Shown here: one piece after another, positions 27,901 through 42,900 of the stretch
Layout: each line of letters starts with the position of its first letter
Position numbering within the stretch: the stretch's first letter is position 1
Assembly (NCBI GenBank): GCA_964247055.1
Contig: OZ176054.1
Coordinates: 13,268,001 to 13,332,000, forward strand
Reading direction: 5' to 3'
DNA length: 64,000 nt
Source: Paragordius varius
Taxonomy: Eukaryota; Animalia; Nematomorpha
Translations under genes and position numbers: made by a program
Notes under the pieces: model-generated
Told to the model about the DNA's origin: nothing
What the model saw: the letters and a program-made list of their open reading frames with translations, nothing else
Database searches by the model: none

Positions 27901-30900
27901 ATATATTTATATATTTAATATAAAATCTCCAATATTTTATTATTGTTACTTTATTCGTGTGCAATAATATTATTATTTCAGGCTAGTTACTGATTCTTAT
28001 CTGTCCTGTCCGTGTGTTCATATTAATCCTTTGTCATTTGTGTGTTCTGTATTATCAAAACCGTAAAATATGAAAGTTATATTTTTCATATATATACAAA
28101 ATATTTCTTTAAACCAAAAATAATTTTTATTATTTCCCTTTAAAGGAAAAATATTTTTTGTGATTGATATCAACTGTTAATTTTTCGGTTAATTTGTTAA
28201 ATTTGATTTTAAAATTGAATTGCCCTTGTAATATGGGGAATATAAACCCTAAAGTATTGGATCATCCTTACTCAGATTATAAATCTATTAATATTTATTC
28301 GGATTATACAAATTCCAATGTTCGCATAAAACCACGAAATACTAAGGCTAAACGGACTGATATTAACAAACATTTAAACAATTCTGACCACGATACAACA
28401 TCGGGAAGTTTTAGAAATAATAAATCTACATCAAAAATAAAATTCACAAGGCAACAATTTAAATCTTCAAGTTTTTCTAGAAAATTCTCTAGTCTATCAT
28501 CGCATAAACAGCCATCTCGGAAAGATAAATTATTATGGTTTTTTGGTGGTCCTCCTGTAACTACCACCTTAACCAATGGGGTAGAAAATGTCCCAAATCG
28601 ACTTAAACGAAACACAGATAGCAACATTATTAATCATTTTCAAATACTTTCTACAGAAGAAAACTATAAAAACTCTGATACCAATAACACAAAGTTGAAA
28701 AACGGAGTTTTATCAAACATGAATATTAATATGGCTAATCAACAAAATTTTTCGATGCCTAAAACGTCGCGTTGGAAAAAATTTCACACTAAACGAAAAC
28801 GAAAATTTGAGGACGACCACAGCATAAATAATTGCAAGACACAAAAATCTTTAACTAGCAATGGAATACCTAATGGTTCCCCCTATCAAAATTTCCTAAC
28901 AAATACGCCAGAAATCCCTATAAACTCCTCATCACCGAAAAAAAAGTTTTGTTTAAACGTTACATCAACTCAAAATTTGGGGCATATAGGACATAATTAT
29001 GCATTTGTTGACATTAAAAGCCCATCCTTAGTTGCAAGGAAATCCTCAAAGATAGCTTTTTCTCATATCGATACGCAATTATTTAAGCGACCAAGGTTTA
29101 AGCTTAATTCAAAATACAAAGGAATTATTTTTCATTTTTAGAAGATATTTGAATATTAATATATAATTTATGATAGGTTTCATGAAAAAATTATATCGAT
29201 AAATCTATTTTTCGCTTAAATCCATTTTTTTTTGGAAAATTAAATTTTGAAAAATTTACATTTAAATTAAATTAAACTATATTATAAAATGTTAGCCATT
29301 AAATATTCCGCAATTACCTCTTCCCTATTTTAATGTGGGATATATAGAAAATCTAATTTATATCTATATTATTTATTTATTGTTTGAATCAACACTATCA
29401 ATAAAAAAACTTCTGTAGCAAAACCTCCAGCGAGAAACGCGCATATAAAATTGTCACCATTTTTCTGTTAAATTAACTCTGTATACATATCTTTAACTTT
29501 ATTTCATTTTCTAACTATTATCCATCATATATTTTATTAACTTATTTATTTTTTATTTTTTGCTATATAGACACCAAATTAACTATGATATAAATGAAAT
29601 TAAAAGATGAGAAAATTAGATAAGGAAAGTGAACTAGGGGACTAATCTAGCCTGCCTAAAACGGTAGTTTTATATTACACAACTTAATTGGACAAAAAAA
29701 TAAAAATTATATCATAAGGAAGAGAGGAATAGTGGCAGAAAGGCTGAATTTAATTTTATTATTATGTAAAATATCCCAGCAAACTTTACAGTTATATATT
29801 TTAGTTTCAAAAACGAAGGGTAAAAAAAGGCAATAATTGGCAATTTATCTGTTTTCAGTTCAAAAACATTATTGGTTTTTTCATTTTTCATATTATGAAA
29901 ATGTCATATTTTTAGATAATTAATACTTTTATTATCGCTTTAGTTGTCAAACAAAAGAAACCGTATGGTGCCCACCAGAAACGTATTGGGCTCAAACCTC
30001 GAGTCTTCCCTATGGGTGGGAAAGTGCAGTAGATCAGATTGGGAGACAGTATTATATCAAGTATTACTTGCCTTTTCTCATAAATTCCGATCGAATTTTG
30101 TTCGTTATCAAGAATTTTTTTACACTAAAATTGCCAGTTTTAAAATTTATAAATTGAAAGATGATCTGCATAAAAAGTTAATACCTTTTCCATGTATTCA
30201 TTTGGTTTTTGCTGTAATTTTAGCCATAATCAATACAGTATAAGGTCAAAGTTAATTAATTATCAAACAGTGTGTTTGGATAATATAAACATTTATTTAT
30301 AATTGAAAAATATTTAATCAATAAATGGCCTTTTATGTCCACCTATAAGGAAACATATACATTTTTATTATTCTTTATTTTATGTTTGGAATTCTTACTT
30401 TTTCAGTAAGACAAAAAAACTTGAAAAATATTTTTATGCCCTTGATAAGAATAAAAGTTTCTTTGAAATGATTTTTTGTCATCTTAACACTTTTGACATT
30501 CTCAAACATAAACAATTTTATATGACATAGAGATATTTTTTGTAAAATATGAAATTTGGAAAAATATCCAAATATTTTATTATTTTCTGGAACTTATTCA
30601 ACATTAAATGTGAATTTGCTAGCCATGTATTATTAATTAAAAACACTGTGTATAATACACAAAAATTTATATTAATTTATTCCAATATTACCTCTAAAAC
30701 AATAGTAGCCAAAACACAAATTTGTAATACTTTGTATCTAAATGTTTATTCTATATATTTACATTAAATTATCATATTAATAATATTCTGGAATACATTA
30801 AATCCTAAAATAATATCCTAGATCTATTGTATAAGTTTTAAACAATTTTTTAAAGCAAGGAAGACTAATATATCAGAATCATATTAGTTTGATAGGTCTT

Positions 30901-33900
30901 TCGATCTGAAACATAAAAAAGCGATATATATTCAAAATGCGCGTTAGACAACTGATTAACAATTAATATAGGGTAACCAGCTGATAAAATAATTTAAACA
31001 CATATCAATAAAAAATAAGCGAATCCAAATATAATTAAAATTAAACTCATTGTCAGCACCTTGTGGTATTTTGAAAAGTATGGCCCTAAAATGTTCCATA
31101 TTTTTTTCAAATATTTTTTGATCAATTTTATATTATTATGCTATAAGTATATAATGTATATAATAAATTTCCTTCATTTAAATAGTAATTCAATGTTCAG
31201 CAGCTAAAATCTTTGGCAGCTTTAATATAAAGCTATCGAATTCGATTAATGTTCTTTAATATAAATTATAATAATTTAACCAAAACTGTCGAGTAATAAA
31301 TTTAAAATGATAAAATCCTAAATAACACTTTTTTAATATTAAAAATAATTGAAACTTAATTGAGTAAATTTTTGCATGCTGATATAATTGTGAACATCAC
31401 AGTAAAACTATTTTAAAATAATGTAAATTTAAACATTGTTGAGTTTAATTATAGCCAAAATTATCAGGTGTTTGGTGCATTTGATTTTTGCATTTTCTTC
31501 AATGTGATGACAATACAAAATTATTTTGCCCAAATTTAAGATACGATGCGAATCATGGCGTAATGTTGTGCCTAATGTTTTTTAATCATGAAGCCTTATA
31601 ATAAATTTAGGTTTCAACTATGTTCAAGTTTTTTAGACTGTATGATTCAAATATTAAAGGAAGTAGATGCTAAATTACTGAGCTTAGACTATAATTGGTT
31701 TTGACACATTTTAAATCCACAGTAAAAAGTGAAATTATGCGGACAAAACGTGAAAATATAAGGACAAATATTTTTTTTCTAAAAGACACCATACTTTTTA
31801 AAACCTTAATGATTGCCATATAAACTATTTAGTTGCAATTGTGAAATATAGAATTGATTGCTTTAGTAATATATATCTCTATTTCACCCTTTGCCGTTTA
31901 AAACATGATTTATATTGTAATAAATCAAGATTTAAAAATTATGGTTGTCTTCTAGAATAAAATATTTGTCTTTATATTTTTACGTTTTGTCCGTATATTT
32001 CAGTTTTTACTGTATATTAAAAATAGATGGTAATTTTCTGAGCTCAGACTATAAATATTGATTTTAACATATTTTAAATCTACAATTTTTACAGTTTTTG
32101 ATGTTTAATTAATACATTGTTGTTTACTATTTTTCAATATTTAGACCAGCGACTCCTAACCCTTGTTAACGCTCACCAAATTGAAAATAAAATTTGAGTC
32201 CCCATCCCCTCCTCCCATAAAAATTTAAGATAAAAATATCGAATTTGTTATATTATTATAAAAATCCCAATCAATGAGATCCTTGTGTCTGCAATTATTG
32301 AAATATTTTTTTCCGTATCGGATAAATCTTGATAATTTGCATCTACCTGGAATCCTCATTAGTCTTCAATTTGTTTCTAGTTTTATTTATTAATTATATT
32401 CTCCAAATTTTTCGCCCCCCCCTTCCCCCCCCCATCCTAGATTATTCTACGTCTTCTTTTTGGGAACCACTGTTATTTACACGATCATGTATTATTAAAC
32501 TACTAAAGTAGTGAATTATAAAATAAATTTTTGGACCCAGACCCTTTGTTATCTATCATATTTTAGTAATATATGTAAGTGTAATATAGCTAAGCGCCCA
32601 TTCTGAACGGTAATTATTAGCGATATGCATTATCAATTATGTGGCGCTTGACTTTTTTGTGAATTAGGAATAAACCTAAATCTATATTTATATCCATCCA
32701 TATATAGTCATTTAACGAAATCTACCACTTACAATGACCCAAGGGAGGATTTTGAACCCGGTGAAGAAAGTTTGAAACCACGAGATGTGGAAATTGAAAA
32801 ATCTGAACAGCACGGTTTTGGCCTTATAGCTGGGAGTGAAAAACCTGTTGTTATCCGTTTCGTTTTAGAAGGTAAAATTAGCGTTTTGCTTTTCTCTTTT
32901 TTATAAAATGTAGTAAAATCGACAAAACCAATTAAATTTTTTCATATAAAATGTATTGAGGAAATTTATTTTTCAGTATGCGAAAAAAAGTGAAAAATTC
33001 TGCTTAAATTTGCTTTAATACAGTAAAAATTGAAATTATACGAACAAAACGTAAAATACAGAAAGTATTTTTTTGCAAAAGACAACCATACTTTTTCAAA
33101 CCTTAATTTCTTATATAAAATATTTAATTACCAATAATAATATAAATATGATTGTGTTTGTAATATATATCTCTATTCATACTTTGCTTTATTAGACAAT
33201 GAGTATTAAAAAAACACCAAGATTTAAAAAGTTTGGTTGCCTTTTAACAAAATGTATTTGTCTTTATTTTACGTTTTGCCCGTATAACAATTTTTATTGT
33301 AACACCCTTTTATAAATATGTACTGCATAATATTTTTGATTGTTTGCTCTTTGCCCAACATATTTTATATGCTATAAAGAAGGACCGAGTTTTGGCAAGC
33401 TACAAGCTGGTGATAATATTATACGGGTTAATGGGGAATATGTCGAACAAGCACCCCGAGATCATGTCATAGATTTGATTAGGTATAAAAGTTACTTAAA
33501 TATTTTATTTTTTTATTAGGTGAGTGGTATTATGGTATTATGCTGTTAAAAATTCGACCAATCTTTTTATATACCATTTATACTTCAAATTCACCGTTAG
33601 ACAATTTAAAATCACCCTAAAATTTATATGTAATTAAATATTGGTAATTACATATCTTTTTTTATATTTAAAAATGAAATTTCGTTTGAAATTAACTTAA
33701 TACTGAAAAAATATTAAACTAAATTGTTCATATTAATGATGATTTATATTAGACCGTAAACAGATAATCATTAGGGTGTAATTGAATAATTTAGTGTTAA
33801 TTAGAGGTCCAAATAATATTATATGATGTCAGTATATTAGCATTTTTAGCAATCATAAATTATTTAATGAATGAATTTTTAATATAGTAGAACCCTATCC

Positions 33901-36900
33901 CTCCCCATAATTCTCAACCACTTTATTTCCTATTCAATTTTTAGATAATGAATATATTTTGGGTAAAAACGAAATTTATATTTAAAGTTTTTAAGACTAC
34001 ACTTTTTTGAAAAAACCCACTCTTCAAATTTTAATGTATATTAACTCAAAACATCATCATGCTCTTGCGGTAGAAATGCAATACAAATTGAAATTTTACG
34101 GACAAAATGTAAAAATATAAAGACAATTTTATTTTTCAAAAGACAACCATACTTTAAACCTTAATTTAATCCTATAAAAACACATTTAATTGCAATCGTA
34201 AAATCCACAATTGATTTTGTTACCAATTTACATTTCTATATTATAATTTGTATAGTTTAAAACAATGAGTCATATTTAAAAAAAATTAAAAATATTTGTC
34301 TTTATATTTTCACGTTTTGTCCGTATAATTTCACTTGTTACTGTAAAAGGGTAATATACACTTTTGTTTTTGCTTAATTCTCATATCATTTATATCTGAA
34401 TAGCTAAATTGAAGTTCTTAATTATTTTTATATATAATGATTGTAATCACGAGAGATCCCATACTAGCTGGAAAACTATATGAATTTTATTTTCGGATCA
34501 ACCATGTCGAAAACCTATGGATTACGTTAAATAGATGTTTTAATCAAAAATTCATATTTTTTTTTTCTACTATAGGAATTGCAAAGACAAGGTCACTTTG
34601 ACAGTTTGTCAACCGTCTTATGACAATGTAATATTTTCTTACATATATAATATATATATGATTTAATTTAACTCAATAAGATACTTTTGGCATGATTTTT
34701 TACATTTAATTAAAAAAATCTTTTAATAGTTTTGTATACCACATTATTGTAATACCTTTGAACATAAGATTTTGTGAAGTTTTCTAAGCTAAATGTTGCT
34801 TTTTTTTAACGTTTTACTAATTTTGGTTTCGAAAGATCCATTATTGATTTAGTATAATCTGGGTCCCCAAAACGTGCAAAAAGAACCAGAATTTGACATT
34901 ATTTATATCAGTGGTACTCTGCGAAAAAAATTAAAGGGCCCAAAAAATATATATATTGTCTCAAGAAGTATTCGCCGTATAATAATAATAATTGTTTGCA
35001 TTTTCATATATTCATACTCAAAACAATATTGCAAATTAAATAAATATTTTGGGGCGATAAAAAGCACTTTTAGGGCAGCGGTTTAAATACCACTGACAAA
35101 ACGTAAAAATATAAAGACAAATATTTTTTTCTGAAAGACAACCATACTTTAAATTTAAATTTTTCTCATATAAATGATTTATTTACAATTATAATATATA
35201 ATTGATTGTGTTACCAATATATATCTCTATTTTTATACTTTGTTTAAAACAATGGGTTATATTTAAAAAAATCAAGATTTAAAAAGTATGGTTGTGTTTT
35301 AGAAAAAAAATATTTGTCTTTATATTTCTACGTTTTGCCGCATTATTTTAAGGTTTACTATATTAAATTTTTATATATTTTTCAAATATATGACAGTCAA
35401 ACCGAAAATCAGCCCTTTTGAGTGCATCCAAAAAGGCTAAATTAAAACATAAACCGTCCAAAGTTAGATTTTCCGAACGCGTAATCATTAATGGACTTCA
35501 TATGTCGCGTGCCAAAGTAACATTTTATTACCAAATATTTATGGATATTCACCATAAAATTTTATAAATTTTCATCATCTTTTTTGAATCATGCAATAGA
35601 ACCAACCCTATGAAACTTGCATTCATGCAATGGCAAATATCCTTAAAGTGTTCCTAGAAAATGGTCAAACGAAATCTTTTAAATACGATCAAAAAACGAC
35701 AGTTAGGGTAATTATATTTTTGAATTTGCAAAACTAAAATTTGTCGTATAATGGAATGGAATATTTGATAATATAATGCAAACCAACCTTATGATTATAC
35801 AATAAAAACTGAATTTATACGGACAAAACGTAAAAATATAAAGACAAATATTATTATCTAAAAGGCAACCATACTTTTTAAAACCTTAATTAGTTACTAT
35901 TGTAAAATATAGAATATATTGCGTTAGTATTATAAATCTCTTATTTCACACTTTGCCAATTAAAACAATGATATTGATATAAACAAGATTTAATAGTATG
36001 GTTGTCTTTTAGAAAAAAATATTTCTCTTTATATTTTAACGTTTTGTCCGTATAATTTCAGCTTTTACTATAATTTTGTCAAAAAATTTGTGATTCTTAG
36101 GATGTTTTGGACATTTTGAAGCAAAAACTAGAAATTAGCCATATGGAATATTTTTGCTTAGTGCTACAACATATCGATGATATCAAATGTACACGTTTAA
36201 CCTTATTGTACGAGGATGATTTATTAACTAATGTAAATATTTAAGCATTTACCATAAATTTTGCCTATATAAAATAAATTCCAAAAATAATATTTTAAGA
36301 TTGCCCTTCGACCTGGTGCCCAATACTATCGATGTTTGTTCCGTGTGATATATGCACCCCAAGATCCACAAGATATGTTGGAAAAGGATAAATCTGCACT
36401 CATATATTTTTATCAACAGGCAAATCATTTTTTTATATTTGTTTTGGTCCGCCCGAAGAATTTAGTAACTATGAAAAACATTTTTTACATTTTGACGGTT
36501 AAATCTCTATAATATAATTTACAAACGTAGCATTTCCGACAACAAATGTGGTAAAAATTGAAAACAGAAAACACGTAAAAATATAAAAACATATGGTTAT
36601 CTCTTAAAAAATGTTTTTTCTTATGCTTTTACGTTTTGTCCTTGTAATTTCAATATTTACTGTAATATTGGTTAAAATTAAAATTATACGGACCAAACGT
36701 GAAATTATAACGACAAATTTTTTTCCAAAAGACAACCCCACTTTTTTCAACCCTAAGATATCCTATTAATATCATTTTATAACAATCGAAAATTGTGTTA
36801 TTGTTTGTGTTACAAATATACATCTCGATTTTTACTTTGAAGTTTAAAACAATAGGCGATATAAAAAATCAAGATTTAAAAAGTACGTTTATCTTTTAAA

Positions 36901-39900
36901 AAAAATATTTGCCTTATGTTTTTATGTTTTGTCCGTACAATTTCAATTTTTACTGTAATATTGGAATCTTTTTAATCACTTTACAGAGTTTCAATGATGT
37001 CATGCATAGGAGATTTCGGCACACAATAAAAAATGACACGGTTTTAAAACTTTCCTCTTTAGCCATTCATGTCAAACTTCAACAAACACAACAAGAGCCA
37101 AATAATAGTCTTTCAAACGGGAAATTGAATGTCCCCCCAACCATTCCCTCAAAAATTAGTTCCAAGAAATTGGAGTATTTTGAATTTTAATATTTAATTT
37201 TTCATGATTTATGTAATAACGACATGATAAATTATATACCATTTACAGTTCAAATTCACCCTCGAACAATTCAAATTCACCCTCGAACAATTCAAATTCA
37301 CCCTTAAACAATTCAACTTCACCTTTAAACAATTCAAATTCACCCTAAAAATAAATTATGTAATTTTTAAGATTAAAAATTATCTATATTTTTTATATTT
37401 TTAAAAAATGAAATTTCGTTTAAAATTAACATTATAAATGCCTCAAGAATATATTTGTCATCAAGGATGAGTCATATTACCCCGAAAACACACAAAGTAT
37501 TTTTAGGGTGTATTTGAATTGTTCAAGGGTGAGTTTGATATGTTCGAGGGTGAATTTGAACTGTAAATGGTATATAAATGCTAAACTTAAATTATTTCGT
37601 TATAAATATGCAGAAGTATGATTCAATTATCGAGATTCGTACCCGATTACCTAATAACTCATTTGGGGACGAAAGCCATATTTAAACGGTTAACTGTTCA
37701 CATCAATAAAGATATATCAAATCTCAAAGGCTTATCTGCTAATCAAATACGTTTGAAATATCTTCAAATCTTGTGCCAAGACACGCTTCTATACGGGGCA
37801 CAATGTTATTCAGCAACTTTAGTGGTAAGTTATTTTATTCATATATAATTAATCAATTAATTCAATGCTTTCATGCTTTTGTTCGCGTGTTAGTCTTAAA
37901 CATGTACTTGTTAATAGTTTTGAATTATTTCAAACCAGAGGTACTCACCAAAAAATATAAAAAGCCGCAAAATTTATTATCTTGTCTCAAGGCGCATGCC
38001 CCTTAAATACCATTAAATTCATAGTTATTTGACATATATACAGATATTTATACTCCAAAAAAGTACATCAAAAATCATTAAATAACTCAGAGCCATAGAA
38101 ACTTTTAGGGCCGCGGTTCAGATCTTTCTAAATTTATAAGGAATTCGGGCTATCACAATATAGTTTTTCTATAGATCTTGCTTTATAGTGTCCATAATTT
38201 ACTATTCTATTTTTTATGCTTAAAAAACAAATCAATTAGGACAAAAATTTAGATGTTGGTATTTTGGTGGCCCCTAACCTAGGGATTCGTTATTACAATG
38301 ATTTTATTGATCCGGAAAGTTTGACAAAATTAGCTGACTTCTCCGAAATCCAAACACTCAAAATATTACGGGAAAAGGAAACACTTCAAACATTGGAGCT
38401 TATTCGGTTTGAAGAAAGTAACATATCCTTGAAGATTAACGTTGATGAAGCCGAAGATTTAATCTTACTCTTACAAGGATATATCAGGTTTTTCTCCGCA
38501 AAATATAGTAAAAATTGAGATTATAAGGTGTTAGCAGAAGATAATTATTATTTTTTCAACCGTACTTTAGATTTTTTATAAGATAACCCTTTTATTTTGA
38601 GTCTCATTATAAGAAATATTTATGTAAATTTTGAAAATTTTGAAAATGTTAGGAATAATAAATATTTATTTAGGAATAATGAAGATTTACAGTAAAAATG
38701 GAAATTATACGGACAAAACGCAAAATATACAGACATTTTTTTTCAAAGGACAACCCTACGCTATAAATCTTGATTATTTTCAATATTACTCATTATTTTA
38801 ATCGAAAATGTAGCAAAAACAGATCTAAATAGGAAACCCCATCATTTTAATATTTTAGAGTAGTTGGAATGTAAATATTTTATATAACTAATATTAAGGT
38901 TTATAAAGGCATGGTTGTCTATTGAAAAAAATATATGTCTTTATATTACGTTTTGTCCACCGTATAATTTTTTTATTGTATGGTGGTGCAGGCTATTTGA
39001 GCAACGAAACGTAACGTTGGACATTGTGAGTTTGGGGGAAGCGTGCCCAGATGCCCCGCCCTACAAAGGAAAGCACATAGTTAAAACTTCGGGCTGGAAT
39101 TATCCGATCTCACTTTTTAATCAAAGACCTGACATGGAACACATAATTGATTTTTCAACACCTCCGCCAAGTTTTAATGTAAGTCTGTCTCATGATTAAA
39201 AGTATTATTTAGGGTTTGATTGACCGACTATCATTTAATGCATCTTGAATCAAAATAATTAATAATAATTACATTATATGATATCACTCTTTCGAGCGGT
39301 CATATCCGTAAACTATTTCGCCATAGAACCCTGTCTAAGGCGTCGCGTTTTAGGTTCAGTTTTGCCATGTCCCTCTTAACTGTATCTATCCATCGCGTTT
39401 TAGGGCGCCCTTTTCCCCTCTTGCCTTTTACAATATAATCATCAATCTTTTTACCAATGTAATTTTTATCTCTTCTTTCAACATTATTTTGAGATTTAAA
39501 TTTATATTTTATAAATTATTTTTATTCATAATAAATTTTTAAAAATATAAAAATTTAAACGGAACTTTATTTGTTTGTTTGCTTTGAAAGTAATATATCA
39601 TTGAGGACAACGGATGGCTATGGATAGCTTAGGCGGTCAGTCCGTTATTATACCTCGATTAGTTAAAATTCAAAACTTTATCTGTATATAATTTTAATTC
39701 TCAAGGGTGTTCCCAGCCAAGAATTCAAAACTTTCAGCAATAGATCACAAACGGCTGGCGAAATTCTGATACCAGAAGATAAGACTAATCAAAATTATCA
39801 AATCATGCCACTACTCAACAATGTGGAAACTTTAAATCATTCGACTTGTGTGACGAATAATATAGTATCCAAAAATTCGCCACATTTAAGGTCTCAAAAA

Positions 39901-42900
39901 CATCAGAACACAAATCCACACCAAAACAATGTTATTATACAATATTCTGAAATATTCTCCGATCTTTTAAACAATAATAAACTTTGTAATGGTAATTTAA
40001 AAAACTTTAATGGCCAATACACTACGAATGATTCAAGCAAAAAATCTTCAGAGAAAACTACTATGAATGAACATATTAATTATAGCCAGACAAATGGGGA
40101 AATAAATAGTGGTAAAAACAGTAGTCTCAGTATAAATACCAATTTAAGCTTTCCGACCTCATCTAGCGGAAACAATACAAACCGCGAAATACCTGATACA
40201 CCCAAGCATTCAATTTCGTTTTCTGGTCCGATACCTGGGGCCCACTCAAATCAAAATTCAGTACAGACCAAACATCAATTCTCAATGACTACCCAAGAGC
40301 CATATGTATGTTTTTTTTGATTTATAGGTGTTAATATTATTGTACCAATGTTTTAGAAAATTCTAAAAAAGTTAGGCTTTCAACAAATATATCGGTAGAT
40401 TAGCACAAAATATCACATTGAAACTCGTCAAACAGCTCTTTTAAGTTTGATTTATCGGCTCAAATATTTTAAATGTTAAAATTATGAATCCTAAAGTATT
40501 TAAAACATATACAAGTTATTATCAAGGTAACATTTATATATCTTATCACAAAGTCTCACCTAAATTGTGCATAATCGGCTGTTTGCCATGTGTTAAATGT
40601 TGCAATTATTCGCTAAATGCTGTTTCCTTACTCCACTGATTTTTAAAATAACTTTTGGATTTTATTAAAAAATTTCGGATTTTCAAATTTAACATATCTG
40701 TAGCAAAATTCAGTTTTTGTTCTGTGAAAATCAAAACCATATTATAATTGTCTCATATTTTTTTATACAGACTTCTCGAGAGTTTTTGACAGTCCCCAAT
40801 ACAAAATCCAACATAATAATGCCATTAAGTGAAGATTCTTCGGCCCGGTTCACAGAAACAGAGGAATCATCTGAAGGATTTTTCACTTCCCCCGAGCCTA
40901 GCCCACAACATAAAACTGTTCCCAAGTTTAAATTAAGACACATAATTTTATTGTATATATTTTTTGGATAGATTTTTATATATAAATACATTTATATTTT
41001 AGAATTACGAATAATGCGGACAATCATATAAACACAATTTCAACCAACGCATTTTCTAATAAAACAAACTCAAATGGTGCCACTTCTGCCTCAGGTATTA
41101 AACGACCCAATGAGTTGCTATGGATACCTAAGAGTCAAGTAGATACTCTAAATGCGGAAATCCCCAGCAACCATGAAAAAGGTCTGCAAAAAGAAACGAG
41201 TTTTGCCGTCCTAAGTCCAAATTTAGTGACAACACCTCTCAAAAACTTTTATGAAAATGCAAACTTGTGGTCAAGTCTCCACGCTACCACTGAAAAACCA
41301 TTAGTAAATAATCCGATTCCAACTTTAAAAACTTTTTCCAAGAATAATCCCTCCCAACAAACCATGAGTAGCCATATTCACAAATCTCCATCCTTTCCAA
41401 TCACACACAATCAATTAAATTTTGAAAATATTAGAAGCTGGAATAATGGAAACCGGATTCAAATGTACAATAAAGATGATTCTACCATAAGGCATAAAAG
41501 AGCAAGTGATACGTTTTTTGATAAGGGTTATAGTCAAAATAAGCCCTTTTCTTCTTTCAACAATAATATACATGATAATCATAGTAATAAAATTCAATTC
41601 AATCATTATGGAAAAATAGGGAACTCTTCTTATAATAATCAAAATCACCATGATTTTATTTGGCCTGTTTGGGCAAGACGGAATTCTCTATACCAAAATC
41701 TTAGGGATACTAAATTTTTGACCCATCCTAAATCTCAAAATGATAAAAGTTACATTACTAAAACTGATGATGGCCATGTTTCCAATATAGAGCATAAAAC
41801 AGCAGCTGAACAAATTATGAGCGAATCTAAAATTTCAGGATTATCAAATAATAGTCACTCCCCTTTCGAGAGCCGAAAAATTCCGCAAGATCAGAATATT
41901 CATCACACTATTGTGAATGATGTCGATTTCATTGATTTAACTATGATCCCTGTTCCAAAAACTCCGGATGAGGTTTTACGCCCAAATTAATTTAAATTTG
42001 ACAATAGAAATTGAAATTGACTAATTTTTTTTTAAAAAAGATACCATATTTTTAATATCTTGATTTAATATTAATCTTCGTTTCAAAATGCAAATTATGA
42101 AATATAGATAATTGGTAAGGCATTCAATTATAGATTGTCATAAAACAATTTACATGGGAAAAATAATTAAGGTTTAAAAATTTTGAAAAAATATGTTTGT
42201 CTTTATGTTTTTACTTTTTTATGTGAATAATTTCAATTTTTACAATATCTATTTATCACTGCGATATATTTTGTGCTTTCAGGCCAACATAAATTACAAT
42301 AACTTTGGCGGCGGTGCCTTATCTCCCCCACTGGATTATACTCAACAATATGGAAACACGAATAATAAAAATATCTATACAGGTAACTCTTTTATTAACT
42401 ATTTATTTATCCTAATATATTTTAAATCGAGATGTTTAATATAAATGGCTTCGAGGGCCGAATTTTTAATTAAAAAAAACCGGCTGGCCGCATTTGAAAA
42501 ATACATCGAGATTAGTACTGTAATTAAGAATATATGGACAAAACGGTATGAACACAAATTCCAAAGATAGCCCCATACTTTTTTAGGTTTAATATACCAT
42601 TTACAGTTCGTTCACCCTCGAACAATTCAAATTGACCCTAAAAAAAATTATGTGTTTTCGATCCAACACAACTCCTTATTACTATGAAATATTTTTATGG
42701 CATAGTTTATTATTTTAATTTAAAACAAAATTTTATTTTTTAAAAATATATAAAAAAATAGGTAATTTTTAATCTTAAAAAAACATATATTTTGTTTGAG
42801 GGCGAATTAGAATTGTTCGAGGGTGAATCTAAATTGTTCAAGGGTAAATTTGAATTGTAAATGGCATAATAAGCTATTTAATTTCTATTGTAAAATACAA

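Noticed and set aside
28233-28256. N-myristoylation signal MGNINPK
   Set aside because: Gly2 is present but position 6 is Pro rather than S/T; weak.
28304-28627. Minus-strand ORFs shadowing plus-strand exons (also 19002-19262, 40731-40991, 41415-41651, 43837-44049) and plus-strand 1007-1264 opposite Arl8
   Set aside because: Typical stop-poor antisense frames of real coding exons; hydrophobic F/L/I-rich gibberish.
32415-32433. C8-TT-C9 tract as a G-quadruplex regulatory site
   Set aside because: It lies within an hAT-like MITE core and has no other support.
37233-37340. Short direct repeats of about 20 bp resembling a CRISPR array
   Set aside because: No unique spacers; they are subterminal repeats of MITE family B in a eukaryotic intron, and no cas genes are present.
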